A stretch of 64,000 nucleotides of DNA from Octopus sinensis (Eukaryota). The translations under genes and the position numbers were made by a program. How positions within the stretch are numbered: position 1 is the stretch's first letter; each line of letters begins with the position of its first letter. Where the stretch lies: contig NC_042998.1 in assembly GCF_006345805.1 (NCBI RefSeq), positions 180,606,001 through 180,670,000 on the forward strand, given 5' to 3'. Below are positions 24,123-36,844 of the stretch, in pieces. The notes below the pieces were generated by a model. It searched no databases, was not told the DNA's origin, and saw only the letters and a program-made list of their open reading frames with translations.

Positions 24123-25454
24123 GGGGGGACGGATATATAGATGGATCGATCGATGAATAGGCAGATGGATGGATGAATAAATCGATCGACCGATTGATTG
24201 TTCTTTAGGAAATAAGATATATGGAAAGGTTTTCCCCTGCAGGGCTAAAGCCGGTCATTAACAGTGTAGCACGGTTCTTTTGTCTAAGTCAAGAGTGCTG
24301 TCGAGGGTTTATGCTTGCAATCGTGTAAGTGGATGTACATGACACTTTCGTGTGTAAATGCGTGTGTGTGTTTTATTACTGTTTATTCCATATGTATACG
24401 TGACTTTTGGCATATTTTCACCGAAGCACCTCCAAAAGAGAATTCCTGATATCGCAGTTGAATCCATATTCAGTATTCAATTAGTTCTTCAACATACGTT
24501 CGGCTACCTTTAATAGTCGTGCAAGATTAGAACGATACTTTACATATATTTTACATAGTATGGCAGCCATTTTCTTGCGTTTCGACCATTTATTTTTAGT
24601 TTAAATTATAGTGTTGTCGTATTCTCATTGGATATATCTTCCTAGTCAAAGTTGTTTATGTTTGTAGTCTGCCTACACGAAACATGGTCACCAGACATTA
24701 TGCAGTAAATTTCTTTCTTCGTGTTAATTCCATAATGTTCGCCACTTGTTCTATTGTTTTAATTTGGTAGCTTTTTTTTCTTCTCATTAACCATCGATGT
24801 TGTACAGCTTAGATTCCACTTTTCGTTTCTGTCTTAAGGCCACACATTGTCAGCTATTGCTTTCATATTAGCTTTCTTTTTGTCCATTCCTGCAGGATGC
24901 TGATAATTGTGAGATTTTGTTCTCCATTTCTTTCATCAGTAATTTTTAGATTTCCACTTTGATTTTTCTCTTTCGTTGTTTTTCTTGTTATTCTCGTTTC
25001 TTTTATTTTTATTTATTAGTTTGTCAATATGTCAATTTCTTTGTCTTGGAATGATTAGCTTCCAGTTCCCACTTTGCCGTTTACATACATATATACATAC
25101 ACACATACACACTTACACATGCGCATATACACGCACACACATGCATGAATATGTGTATATATATATATATATATGAATGTATGTATGTGTGTGTATACTT
25201 CGCTTACATATTGATATCAAGTTTAGTTATAAGTTTTGATCTGGCTTTCTCTAATATGCTTTTCTAATTTTCTCCTTTATTTCCCTATATTGTATATTAT
25301 CAGTTTTATCTACCCTAATGTATTTATTTTGCTCTCTCAGATCTAATTTTTTGATTTCGAAGTCTAAATTAAACCTAAGTTGCCGAGTTTTAATTAACTC
25401 TCTCCTTTCATTCTGTTTTTATTCGTTTTTCCTATTTTTCAATAATAATAATGA

Positions 25455-25885
25455 AGTGATGGATTAGCAGTAAAGTTAGAAAGTAGACAAAATGCCCTGC
25501 AGCATTTTATCTTTGACTTTACGATCTGGGTTCAAATCGCACTTTGCCCTTCATCCTTCCGGGGTCGATAAAGTAAAATAATAGTTGAGCACTGAAGTCT
25601 AAGTAGTCGACATAGCGCCTCCACTAAGATTTGCTGTCCGTTTGCTAAAAGAATCGATAGTGTATCGGATAAAATGCTTAGCGAAATTTCTTTCGAGTCA
25701 TTAAATTCTGAGTTCAAATTCCGCTGTGGTCAAGTGTGACATAGATCTTTTCGGGGTCGATTGAATAAATACTTCGATCACTAAAATAAGTATTGAGGCC
25801 CATAAAATACGTACTGAGATCGATGAAATCGATTTTCCTCCTTTCCCTCAAAGTGACTGGCCTTGTGTCAAATATTTGAAAGAAA
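25455..25885 (+). mobile_element. Two decayed family B SINE monomers in tandem
   Basis: GGTTCAAATCGC..TTTGCCCTTCATCCTTCCGGGGTCGATAAA and ATTCTGAGTTCAAATTCCGC..TTTTCGGGGTCGAT..TGGCCTTGTGTCAAA. Confidence 0.7.
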
Positions 25886-25898
25886 TATTTATTATTTT

Positions 25899-26072
25899 AG
25901 AATATGTATGGAGAACAACGATAATGAAGACAATGACATAATCGGCAGTCTTCATACTTTCCGGCAGATTCTATTGTAAATGAACTAATCGCTGTTTTGG
26001 GAGAAGAACTTCTTTCATACGAAGTATTTCTACAACACACTCGATCCATTAATGTAAAGCAGTAGTTCTAAA
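25899..26072 (+). repeat. Local direct repeat, copy a (copy b at 30094-30277)
   Basis: About 175-bp alignment from AGAATATG.ATGGAGA to TTAATGTAAAGCAGT.GTTCT. Confidence 0.85.
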
Positions 26073-26766
26073 CCGGGATCTATATGACCCTTAAAGGTCC
26101 GTGTAACACGTATTTAGTTCAAATGTATGTGCAATAAAGTGCGTACAGTTCTTCAGTACAACAGGTATGTTAACAAGTTTTTAATGCAATTCCTAATATA
26201 ATGAGATTTTTTCAAACATCGAGTGACTATGAGGGTCAACCTGATTAATCAAAAACAATGATATAATTTGAGGTATACTTGCCATCACAATATGGCTAAC
26301 CACTAAGGGTGGGTGTTACTGTAGCTTGTAGCCCCAGGAGGACATCGTCTCCAGCTGGCTTTAGGCACACTTCCTGTGCCCTTTTGGTATTTGCAAAGGG
26401 AGGTCACCCTTCCCTCGTCAACCTAAGTTGACAGGTCAAAACCTAGAAACTGCAATCCGTGCGTATCACTTAGGATGACGAGGGAAGGGTGACCTCCCTT
26501 TGCAAATACCATAAGGACACAGAAAGTATGCCTAAAGCCAGCTGGAGACGATGTTCTCCTGGGGCTACAAGCTACAGTAACACCCACCCTTAGTGATTAG
26601 TCATATTGAGATGGCAAGTATATCTCACATTGTCGTGCAGTTACTGTTTATACCTCGTTCAGAGATATAATGATATAATTGTCATTCACCGTACTTTCCG
26701 GCAGATTCGATTGGCAACGAGGTAACCGCTCATGTTTTTGGAAGAAAAATTGGTTGAGAACCACTG
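26060..26766. mobile_element. hAT-type MITE carrying nested insertions
   Basis: Termini CAGTAGTTCTAAACC / GGTTGAGAACCACTG (CAGTGGTTCTCAACC-type TIR); 8-bp flanks ATGTAAAG / ACGTGACG match only 5 of 8. Confidence 0.65.
26269..26668. mobile_element. 400-bp insertion with 160-bp inverted arms (fold-back element)
   Basis: Arms 26269-26428 and 26468-26627 match at 150 of 160 positions; 12-bp direct repeat AATGATATAATT at 26257-26268 and 26669-26680. Confidence 0.9.
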
Positions 26767-26999
26767 ACGTGACGGGAAGTTAAGACACATTAGTGTTTCG
26801 ACCTGGTTGTGTCTCTTCAGTTAAGTCTGTCCTACGGATGAATAAAACTACACAAGAATTATAGCTCTTATTTAGGCAAACAAATTATTTGCTGATACAT
26901 GCTGATGTCTATCAAAGGGATAATAATTTATCGCATGCATGGAGAGCATACAGCTTCGTAAACACAAGTGAAGGTTTGCTGTTCCAACGGCCATTACCT

Positions 27000-29632
27000 T
27001 ATCAATACTAATTTCCCACTTGAAACAGTTCACAGAAAATGTATGAACAACAATAATGCCAGCAACAACAATCTGGTAAGTGTAAAACATACATGAAAGT
27101 AAGACTACTACCAAGATCTCTGACACTAGTACAGACCGAAATAATAACACCAATTAGCACGAAAATCAACAATAACAACGTGTATGCGAGACGAAATTAT
27201 CGAGCCAACCCACTTGGAATTTCCACGTCCGCCACGATTGCCATCACATCTATTAAGAGTAACGAAAATAAAAATCCATCTCAGACATCATAATTAACAA
27301 AGCCAAAGTTATCGAGTAAACAAATGCAGAACGACAGGAGGAACAAATTGAAGTAATGCTGCACGAATTAACGAATGTTAACTACCTCGTGATAATATCT
27401 GGCCGGAACGTAGAATAAGATATCCTAAAATACATGCGACAAAAAGAAATCTGAAAATATAAAAAGATAGGAATAATAGCCACAAAACAGAGCGAGCGAC
27501 AGAGTAGCAAATAGAAAAGAGCCTCAGACTAATCCGGGGCACGGAAATAGATTGTTATAGGAAAAATATAGCACAATAAAACCAAGATTTCCGATAGCAG
27601 ACAGGACCAAGAAACACATCATAACAACTCTAAGGAATTACGAATTGGTTCCCATATCAATCTAATGTAGCCGTAAGGTAGTAAGCAACAAGATTGTTGA
27701 TGTACCCCCAGAAATAAGCGTTTGGTTTTAAACGTAGAAGACAAAACTAACCTTATGCATGTCCCGAGGCTGCATAAATAAAATTGATCGGGTCACAATA
27801 TGTAGCTAATGATACAAACGAATAAAGAAAGCATGGAATCCATCCGAGACCAGATCAATCTGTCGGGCTGCACAAAAATTTTACGTGGCCTTCGTGACCA
27901 GAAAGATAAGATGTTCATTGTGTGGCAACACAAACGATCTCGAAGCTTTCTGCCCACAGAAAAAGAGGGGAGAAGAACGACACCCCTTATGTCAACACAA
28001 TCACCGCAAAAGCCATAGCATTAACTCTAATGGCAGTGTGTAGCTGCAAAAGTAATAACGATAGCAACTGCAACACTAGAATCAGCAGCTGTTAAGGCAA
28101 CAGTAATCCCTGCAAGGACAGCTACAGCTTCACCAACAACAGCTGCAGCAGCAACAGCCGTCCAAGAATTTGGACCGGGGGATCTCCATTTCCAGCGACT
28201 TCGTGGGCCATCTCGCAGTGGTGTCGGACGTCAACGAAGAGCCCTCGACTATAACAAGACGACCAAAGTTTTTTTTTCTAAGTTCTGGGGTTTCCCGCCC
28301 CTAAGCTCTAGACCATCACCTAATCACCCTTACCCGTCTTGTTGCTTAACAACAACAACAACAACAGCAGCAGCAACAGTAGTAGAAGCATCAGAATTAA
28401 CAGAAATAAGGCAAAGAGCGGAAAAGAACGGTAACAAAAACGTGAGTAACAACGTTCTCCAAAGTCACCACATCACGAACAATAACTGCCATCCACCGAA
28501 TAACAACAAAAAAATAAATACATCACCACAAGATGTAACTCTCCCAGTTTGGAATACTCGGACATGCTACGTGATGTATGTGACGGAGAAACAGATAAAT
28601 GGTAAAATGTGATGAACAAAAAAAGATAAGAAAGAGACAAATTCATGTTCCAAAGCTGAGAAGTGAAAGCAAACTGAAGAAACATGTCCCAACAATAACA
28701 CACTAATACTGTATATGGAAGCACTCCGTCGGTCACGACGACGAGGGTTCCGGTTGATCCGATCAACGGAACAGCCTGCTCGTGAAATTAACGTGTAAGT
28801 GGCTGAGCACTCCACAGACACGTGTACCCTTAACGTAGTTCTCGGGGATATTCAGCGTGACACAGAGAGTGACAAGGCCGGCCCTTTGAAATACAGGTAC
28901 AACAGAAACAGGAAGTAAGAGTGAGAGAAAGTTGTGGTGAAAGAGTACAGCAGGGATCACCACCATCCCTGCCGGAGCCTCGTAGAGCTTTAGGTGTTTT
29001 TGCTCAATAAACACTCACAACGCCCGGTCTGGGAATCGAAACCGCGATCCTACGACCGCGAGTCCGCTGCCCTAACCACTGGGCCATTGCGCCTCCAAAC
29101 ACTAATACTACCTTCCACAACAATGGCACTAATATTACCAAAACCACCATCATCAGTATCTACTGACAATCACTAGCACCACAGAAACATTATCACATTC
29201 ACCAGCAAAAGCCATCATACACCCAAGCTATGGAGAAGATTCGCATTGGCAGATCTCATCTTTTTGACAATTTCAGTCCTGGATCAAGCGTAGATCATGG
29301 TAGGGTACCTAGCGCCAAGATTCTCTGCCAGTAGAACAATGTGGTCGGAAGAACTTTCGCTTTGGCAATCGATAAGAGTGTTGGCCAAGAGCGACAACTT
29401 TCTCTCGAAGACTCTGAGCGTCGATGAGAAATAGCTGGTCCGTTACGGCGAAATTGCAGGGCTGGACTATGGAGAATGCTTAAAAATTCTTGACCTGGCG
29501 GTGATACTAGTGGAGAACAATACTTGTTCGAGATAACCTCTACACTTATGGAAGTGCTGTCTGTCAGCCGCCGTTGTACTTGATGCGCACAGAGCGACGA
29601 AAATACAGTCCACGCTCTTATAACTAAGCACA
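27000..29632 (+). mobile_element. ORF1/gag-like-only element, copy 2, interrupted by a SINE
   Basis: IEKSLRLIRGTEIDCYRK and RKVVSNKIVDVPPEISVWF align with copies 1 and 3; knuckle CSLCGNTNDLEAFC at 27912-27953; block 28160-28366 matches copy 3; C-terminal frame 29207-29623; runs into (TA)n with no RT. Confidence 0.7.
28711..29098 (-). mobile_element. SINE family A with 3' module 1, full length
   Basis: 11-bp TSD ACACTAATACT at 28700-28710 and 29099-29109; near-identical to 3554-3942. Confidence 0.92.
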
Positions 29633-29645
29633 AAGCGAATTATAC

Positions 29646-29681
<36 letters not shown>

Positions 29682-29682
<1 letters not shown>

Positions 29683-29975
29683 GAGGCGCGTGGCTTAGTG
29701 TTTATGGTGACAGCATCATGATCGTAAGATTGTGGTTTCGATTCCTGGACCGGGCGACGCGTTGTGTTCTTGAGCAAAACATTTCATTTCACTTTGCTCC
29801 AGTTCACTCAGCTGGCAAAAATGAGTAACGCTGCGATGGACTGGCGTCTCGTCCAGCTGGGGAACACATGCGCCATAGAAATCGGGAAACTGGGCCCTTG
29901 ACCCTGGCTAGGCTTTAAAAGGGCGCATTTATAAACGGCGGTGCATCAGCATGGCCGCAGCTCTGAGCTGAAACT
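29682..29975 (+). mobile_element. SINE family D (CORE-like) with a module-2-like body and family-C-like tail
   Basis: GGAGGCGCGTGGCTTAGTG head; GTTGTGTTCTTGAGCAAAAC..CACTCAGCTGGCAAAAATGAGTAA; GCGATGGACTGGCGTCTCGTCCAG; GGCGGTGCATCAGCATGGCCGCAG end. Confidence 0.85.
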
Positions 29976-30093
29976 TTACAAAAGAAATATACGTAAATGT
30001 GTGTGTGTGTGTGTTGTGTGTGTGTGTGTGTAGATGGCAAAGTAGGAACTGGAAGTACTTGTACTAAATTTTTGAATTATTATTTCTTACTTC

Positions 30094-30277
30094 AGAATAT
30101 GCATGGAGAGCAATGACGATCAAGACAATGATATAATCGTCAGTCTTCATACTATTCCGCAGTTTCTATTGTGGATGAGCTAATCGTTGTTGCATTTCGT
30201 TTTTAGAGAACAGCTTCTTTCATAAGATGTATCTTTACGACACACTCGCTTCATTAATGTAAAGCAGTGGTTCTCAA
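30094..30277 (+). repeat. Local direct repeat, copy b
   Basis: Aligns with 25899-26072; ends in a truncated CAGTGGTTCTCAA terminus. Confidence 0.85.
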
Positions 30278-30294
30278 GCTTGATAACTGTTAAC

Positions 30295-31060
30295 ATTCTT
30301 TTATTCTTTTATTCTATTGTTTCAGTTATTAGACTGCGGCCATGCTGGGGCACCGCCTTGAAGGATTTTTAGTCCAATGAATCGCCCCAATACTTCATTT
30401 TTCTTCGCTAAGTCTCGTCTATTATTAGTTAAAGAGGGGCCTGCAGTGGTTAAATTATTTGAGGATCTGACAAAACGATCGGCCTTGTTTAGTTAAGTCT
30501 CTTTCAATCTAATTTGAAACCTTACCGAGGTCAAACTAACTTTTTACCCCTCTGGTTTCGATAAATTATAATAGGATTGATTTTAATTGACTAATCTCCT
30601 CTCTCAAATTTTCAGACGTTCTGCCTATTTTAGAAATGATTATAAATCAAAAATTTCTAAATGTTTGGGCATCAAACATAAGAGAGAAAACATTTTTTTG
30701 AATGGAAGTATGAGATGAACAGAAGAAAGCAGCTCCCATGATATTTTTCAGGTCTGTTGGGAAAAGGCAAGATCATGGCCTCATATTGGAAAACTAGGTC
30801 CGAATGCTTACATCAAAATCAACACCGTTCCAGGAGCACAAAGGCTAAGTGGTTCAGTCACACCAGTCGTTAGATTAAGGATACTACCTTAAAACAGAAA
30901 GTTACCTACAAGAATCTTCCACAGTTTCCATTCACCATATTTCACTCACAATGTGCCAAGAAAATATTGTAGAAGACACTAGCTTAAGGTTTCTTGCATT
31001 AGAATCAAACACGAAACCATAAAGTTTTGAATAGAATGTTTGAACCATGCATCTATACCT
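30295..31060. mobile_element. Cluster of decayed SINE pieces: family C tail (minus, 30295-30400), family B (plus, 30430-30640), family C head (minus, 30915-31060)
   Basis: GACTGCGGCCATGCTGGGGCACCGCC; CCGAGGTCAAACT..TTTCGATAAATT; TTGTAGAAGACACT..CACGAAACCAT. Confidence 0.55.
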
Positions 31061-32118
31061 GCGCTTATATAAAGTATTTAAGAAGAAAGAAATCATGTGA
31101 AAGAAACAAAATAAATGTACTAAGTTATAAGCGAAAGTAAAGCCAATAAAATAATATAATATTCTAAGAAAAGTAGGACAAATATATATTTAAGAAATCT
31201 ATGGAAACAAAAAGTAATCTGTTTATACAGAAATAGAAAATTTCACTGAGTGGAAAGCAACTAAGAAAACATAATATTATATGCACTCAGATTTAATAAG
31301 AAAAACTAAATGACTAAACAACAAAGAAAAAGAAAAATAGTGAAAAACAATTATCTTTGTAAAATGTCATGTTTTTTGTATCCACCAAAATTTCTACTTT
31401 TCTATCTACTTATTTGTATGTAGGTTTGTCACTATAGTACAATTTTGCAAATATCTAGATGTCTATCCGTCATATATCCATCCAGTGTGCTCAGGTTCCT
31501 TCTAACTGAAAATATTTCATCCTCTACTCTCTTTTCTAGCCATCTACCTTTATATCAATCTCAATCTTTATTTATCTACTTATCTTCCTATTTATGTATT
31601 CAGTGGTTATTAATCTACATACAATTCACCTGGTTTCTCTCAGGTATTTAATTATCTTATATATCCAGCTCATTAGTTCTCAGTTACATCGCCTGTCTTC
31701 CCATTAATCTTTATATGAGTCGAAATTAATTTTCTCTTTTGCACTTTAAATGAAGGTCAAAATTTACTCATACTTATTTCTCCGAAATATTTACATCTTG
31801 TAACATTTAAAGCTCGCCAAACTACAAAAATTGTTTGTACAATATACTAGAAGTTGCAACATATCTATGATATGGAAAAATAATGCATGCTAAATATTTA
31901 ATAATAAAATCTAATAAATGAGATTTTAGTACAGCCTCGTTTACTAGAAAGTTAGATATTGTCTCTTTTATCTATTATGCCTCCAAGGCATGGGTCATAG
32001 ACACAGTAAAACGGTACACAGATACTGATACTTTTGTTGCTTGTTTTTAAGTGTCAAAACAATGAAACAGAGCGAACGTGAAATTAAAATCGAAAAGAAA
32101 ATCAAAGAAAAACAGAGA

Positions 32119-32239
32119 TAAGTTAAGTTAAGTTAGTTAAGTTAATTTTGGGGCTCAAAAAGCAAAAAGCAAGGCCATGTAGGGGGACATGGAGTTATGT
32201 ACAGGGTGGTGTTCATGCAAAGAGTTCAGGCCATTTCTG
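32119..32239 (-). mobile_element. CR1 LINE extreme 3' fragment with (TTAAC)n tail
   Basis: Reverse complement aligns with 54050-54155 (CAGAAATGGCCTGAAC..CCTACATGGCCTTGCTTTT..TTTTGAGCC). Confidence 0.8.
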
Positions 32240-35200
32240 ATGTGAGAATGAGGACAGTCATACAGTGATCAAAAGAACCAGAAAAGAAAACAAGAATGAG
32301 AACAAAAATTTGAAAGATGTATGAAAGAATGCTGGAAAGAACATAGTAAGAAGCAGAAAGAAAGAAAGAGAGAAAGAATGAAAGAAAACATAGTTAGCGA
32401 ATTACAATGATATACATATCTTAAATTTAGCACCGCGATTACGGTTGAGAGGCTTTTTCATTGGATAGGACGCTAATCACTCAGCTAACTCTCTGAAAAT
32501 GTAAAGAGACTCTGGAAGGTCACGTTCATGTAATTATCTGAGTAATTAAGGAAAACGAAGGAAATAAAACGCCTTAAATTTCCAGTTGATGATAGTTCGA
32601 TACCTGCCACAAGCGACTAAAATATAGTAGACAAACGCTGTTAAAACTCATTAAGACCCATTTTATAGTATGAACGTCACAACTTACTATATCTGTCCTC
32701 TCAAATATAGAACCTATGAAACTAAGGAAGCCAATTTAATCGCACATATCGTTTATCTTCAACTAACAACATGGTTGGTGCCATTTTGCCTTTTTAACAC
32801 TATTTTTAGATTGTAGCATTAATCAAACGAAAATATCGATATTATTTTTATCTCTACATTTTTGTTCCTAACAAATATTAGTGATTTTTTTTTCTAATTC
32901 TCTTATTCGTTTAAGATAAATGTAATTCATTAATAATAATTTGCTTATCTTGCCTTCTCATTATTGACCTAAGAGTTCTCAATGCGTTTGGTTCTGAGGC
33001 CGAATCAATAATATAATGATATTTCTACTAGTGCAGAGGTTTGATAAATTGTTCACAGGATTCTGATTTGGTTAACATAGTTTTCTTTCAGACATTTCTG
33101 ATTAAATTATCTTTTTTAATCAATAAAGTTTTAATTATTTTTTAATAATTTTAAATATTTCGTTCCTAATTAACATCACACTAATTCCAAATGCATATAA
33201 CCTGGATATTTCTCGATTTAAATCATTTAAATGTTTATCGCATTTAAAAAGAGGTTTTAGTAATTTTGAGATAATTTATAGTTTTTCACGAAACATAATT
33301 TCTAAATTTTTGTGCAAAAATTGCATTATTTACTGCCATATTAAAATAATGATTTAAAATTTTTACAGAAAATGATTTCATGAAATAGATAGATTAATAC
33401 GTAATAATTGTCCGCAATACCTCATAATTAATATCATTTAAATAGATTAATCAATAGAAAATCAAAAAAGGAAGAAAATCTGTAATTAACAAAACCTTCA
33501 AACGCCTGTGGCGTTTACAAAATTTAGATAAATACTGAACACATTAATTCATCAATTAATTTCTATATATCTAGAAACTATTTCTCGAATATTTGGTAAA
33601 TAGTAATCAAATGTGATTTGATGCTAAAAATATGGAGTCGATAGTATTTATGCAGTATGAAGTTTATCTCAAGATCACTTTAGAAAACAGCAGATATAAC
33701 TGAACGTCAGACCAAGTATGTTTATATTTTCTATGGATGAGGCAACAATAAATTCTAAAATATACGTATAATGCATATTTTATAAACACGCCAACTCTTC
33801 TACTGCAAATATCATAACAGCACCAGGTGACAGTCCCTTTCAAATATCGCAGTAACTATTTTGTTCAATGTTTATACATTTAATCCATTTTCTTTCATAT
33901 TAGTCGTAGAATAAGTCAACAGAAGTTTCATTGCAGATTAAAAAAATCAAAATAATTAAAGTATGGTAATTAATATAATTAACCACTCATTTAAATAATT
34001 TCCCTATAAAACAATAACATTGTTGCTATCAAAAATGATTAGCCACGTTAAGAATTTGATGTCTTCTGATTTAAAGCAAAATATGTTATGTTTATAGAAC
34101 AAGCAAAACTGAAAGATGTAATGTTCATGAAAGTTCCACAATGGTTTCTTTCACAATCTCATGTACGAAGACGTGAAGATCAATGATACACAAATAAAAC
34201 TAAAACCGGGTGACATTCTCAAAATACGGAAACCGAAGATTTAATGAGATAAATCAGAAATTTATGACTTTCGTAGCAAGGTGAGTAAAGTTACAAAAGT
34301 AGACCATCAAAACCTTCCAGCGATTTGTATCCTTTAGAACGTACCCATCATTGCATCACAAACAAACGTCAGATATAATTTTCATTTATATGGGTACAAG
34401 ATAGAAAATAAGATTATTTATTGTGCGTAGCTTTTTCAAAGGCATTATCCACATAAGTGAAATGAAGTGTGACATAAACTATAAATTACCAAACAGGAAC
34501 TTTACGATTGCGCTTTATAAACATTAGCAACTTTAATGAAATATACAATCGTGTCAGTTGGGATTTGAAACTGGATTGCCGTCTAATCACGTCGGAATAC
34601 TCAGGACAGATATAATCAGAACATTGTTTTCTCATGACTGCATGCAAAGACCATGCATTTTAGAAATTTCTATTGAAGCTTTATTGCGAAATTGCTTTAA
34701 TCGTGACCAAACCAGATTGTGATATCCAACTACTATGAGTATAGCTTTTGATCTATGGGGTTTGACGCACATAATTTACGGAGGTTTGCTTTGATAATGT
34801 GGAAAGAATTAGCTTTAACGAACAATCAGATGTCGTGACATTTATTACAGGTGACTGCAAGTGTTAGATATCCTCATTCACAGGTATAATTTACACTTAC
34901 ACATTTCAGAATAGAGACGTAATGAATTCTTTACTTCTCTACATTTTGTTACATTTCATACATATCTTAGTTCAAATCAAACAAGTGTCAAGATTCTTTT
35001 CCATGCAACTAGTATCAATAAAGTAAGGACCACTAAATTATTATCATAAAACTATATCACTCAACTCTATCAAACCAGTTGTGATCCGTCAAATGTGCCG
35101 TCATTTTCAGTTTTCTCTGCTGGTTACTAGTTAATAGTAAAATAGAGCCGCTTATGTCTTTGCTCTCCAGTACATAGCTGTACCAGTTATAAATCTTAAG

Positions 35201-36529
35201 TCATATCTCGCCATAACCCACAATGATAGTTATTGAGCATTTTACCAAGGAACTCAGGATTGGTTTGTCACCAGAGATGCTGCATGTATACGTTCAGGGA
35301 GTAGAAATGGATCACAAACGTGATCAAAATTAGGTACAAAATTCGTAACAAAAGCTTTACTGTTTCTACAGCCAGTTTCAAATAAGGTTATTGTAACAAT
35401 CCAAATGACATATAAACGACGCACCACTAGATTAAGCATGAAGGGTAATGATATTAAAAAGTATAAAATCAGTTTGAACACGTGTCATTCTCTGTTAGTT
35501 AATCGCCGCGATGTCGTCTTTGTCTCCCAAAGAAGTAGAACAAATTATAACAACGGCTCATTGTACAGAAAGAAAAGAACTGAATTATTGCTAAGGAAAG
35601 AGATTACAAAAGTTCTTTTGTTTTGTCACTAATAAATTAATTAGTGGGACCCGTGGAAAGTCCACAGAACGAAATAGATTAAGAGAGGCTATTTAAGAAA
35701 GAAGGAAAGCTACAATAATATATTACAGGATTTTAAAATTTCCCTCTGCTGTGCATTTTATACTTTTCTCTTTCTCTCTACCTCTTCAACAAACTTTTTA
35801 ACCATGCAATTATCCTCGTCACTCCTTTAACATTTCCCTCTTTCTCTTCACCTCTCACTTCCACTAACCACTTTAATGACGGCATAATGCATCGGCTGGC
35901 TATCTACTCTCTCACTCACTCTAACATTCCTTCTTTTTCCCTCTCAGTCTACTGCCTCCTCCTCTCTAGCAGACTAAAACGTAAGATTTAAACGAACAAG
36001 TAAAAGAATAATAGATTTAATTCGTTAAGAAAATACTTTTCACTATCAATACATCGTCACCATCAGCAACATCTCCACCATCCTCGTCATCTCTATAGTT
36101 TTTAGTAACAACACTCATTTCATTTCCGTTCGGCTCACTTGTTTGTTTATGTCTGCTTTTTTTTTTTTTGCTGTCAAAATATCTCTATTCTGACAATACA
36201 AACACTATGTACCTCTCTTTCCATCCCCTCAATGTAACTGCATCCCCTGTCCGTTTCTCTCTATCTGTCTTTCTTTAACCTCACCACCAGATCATCACCG
36301 TCTGCTAAATATTGTATCGTAAACATATCTCTTTCTCTTTACCTTTCCCTCCTCACCCTACCACACGTCGTTAACACTTATCTCACCCTCTTTCTCTCTC
36401 CTTCTTTTCTCTCACCACCTTTTTCTCTTGCTCTTCGCCTCTCTTCAACAAAGCACATGATGAATTTGGTCTTAGTGTATTATTATACACCTCTCTTCTC
36501 TCTTCTCTACTCACATTCCTACAACCACC

Positions 36530-36806
36530 CCCTCTCTCTCTCTCTCTCTCTCTCAAGTTTACTCCACCTCTCTAACTAAAGTATAAAGGACGAACGAACA
36601 AACAGATTATTATATAGAGTTTATGCTCTTTACTCAGCTGATACTTTCTCTAAGATACAAATATAGTGAGTTCTAACGGCTGGTCATTAGTATCGTTGGG
36701 CCTCAGTGAGGTCTTATTTATATATATGTGTAGGTGTGTGAGTGGGTTTGTGTTTGTGTTATTGGTGTATGCAGGGTGTATGCATGCAATATAAGTGTGT
36801 GTGTGT

Positions 36807-36844
<38 letters not shown>

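Noticed and set aside
24400-24950. Possible decayed Penelope GIY-YIG region on the minus strand
   Set aside because: Similarity was impressionistic; no motif could be read with confidence.
34098-34280. Segment bounded by TTTATAG and AAG|GTGAGT
   Set aside because: All three frames contain stops; could only be a non-coding exon and there is no further support.
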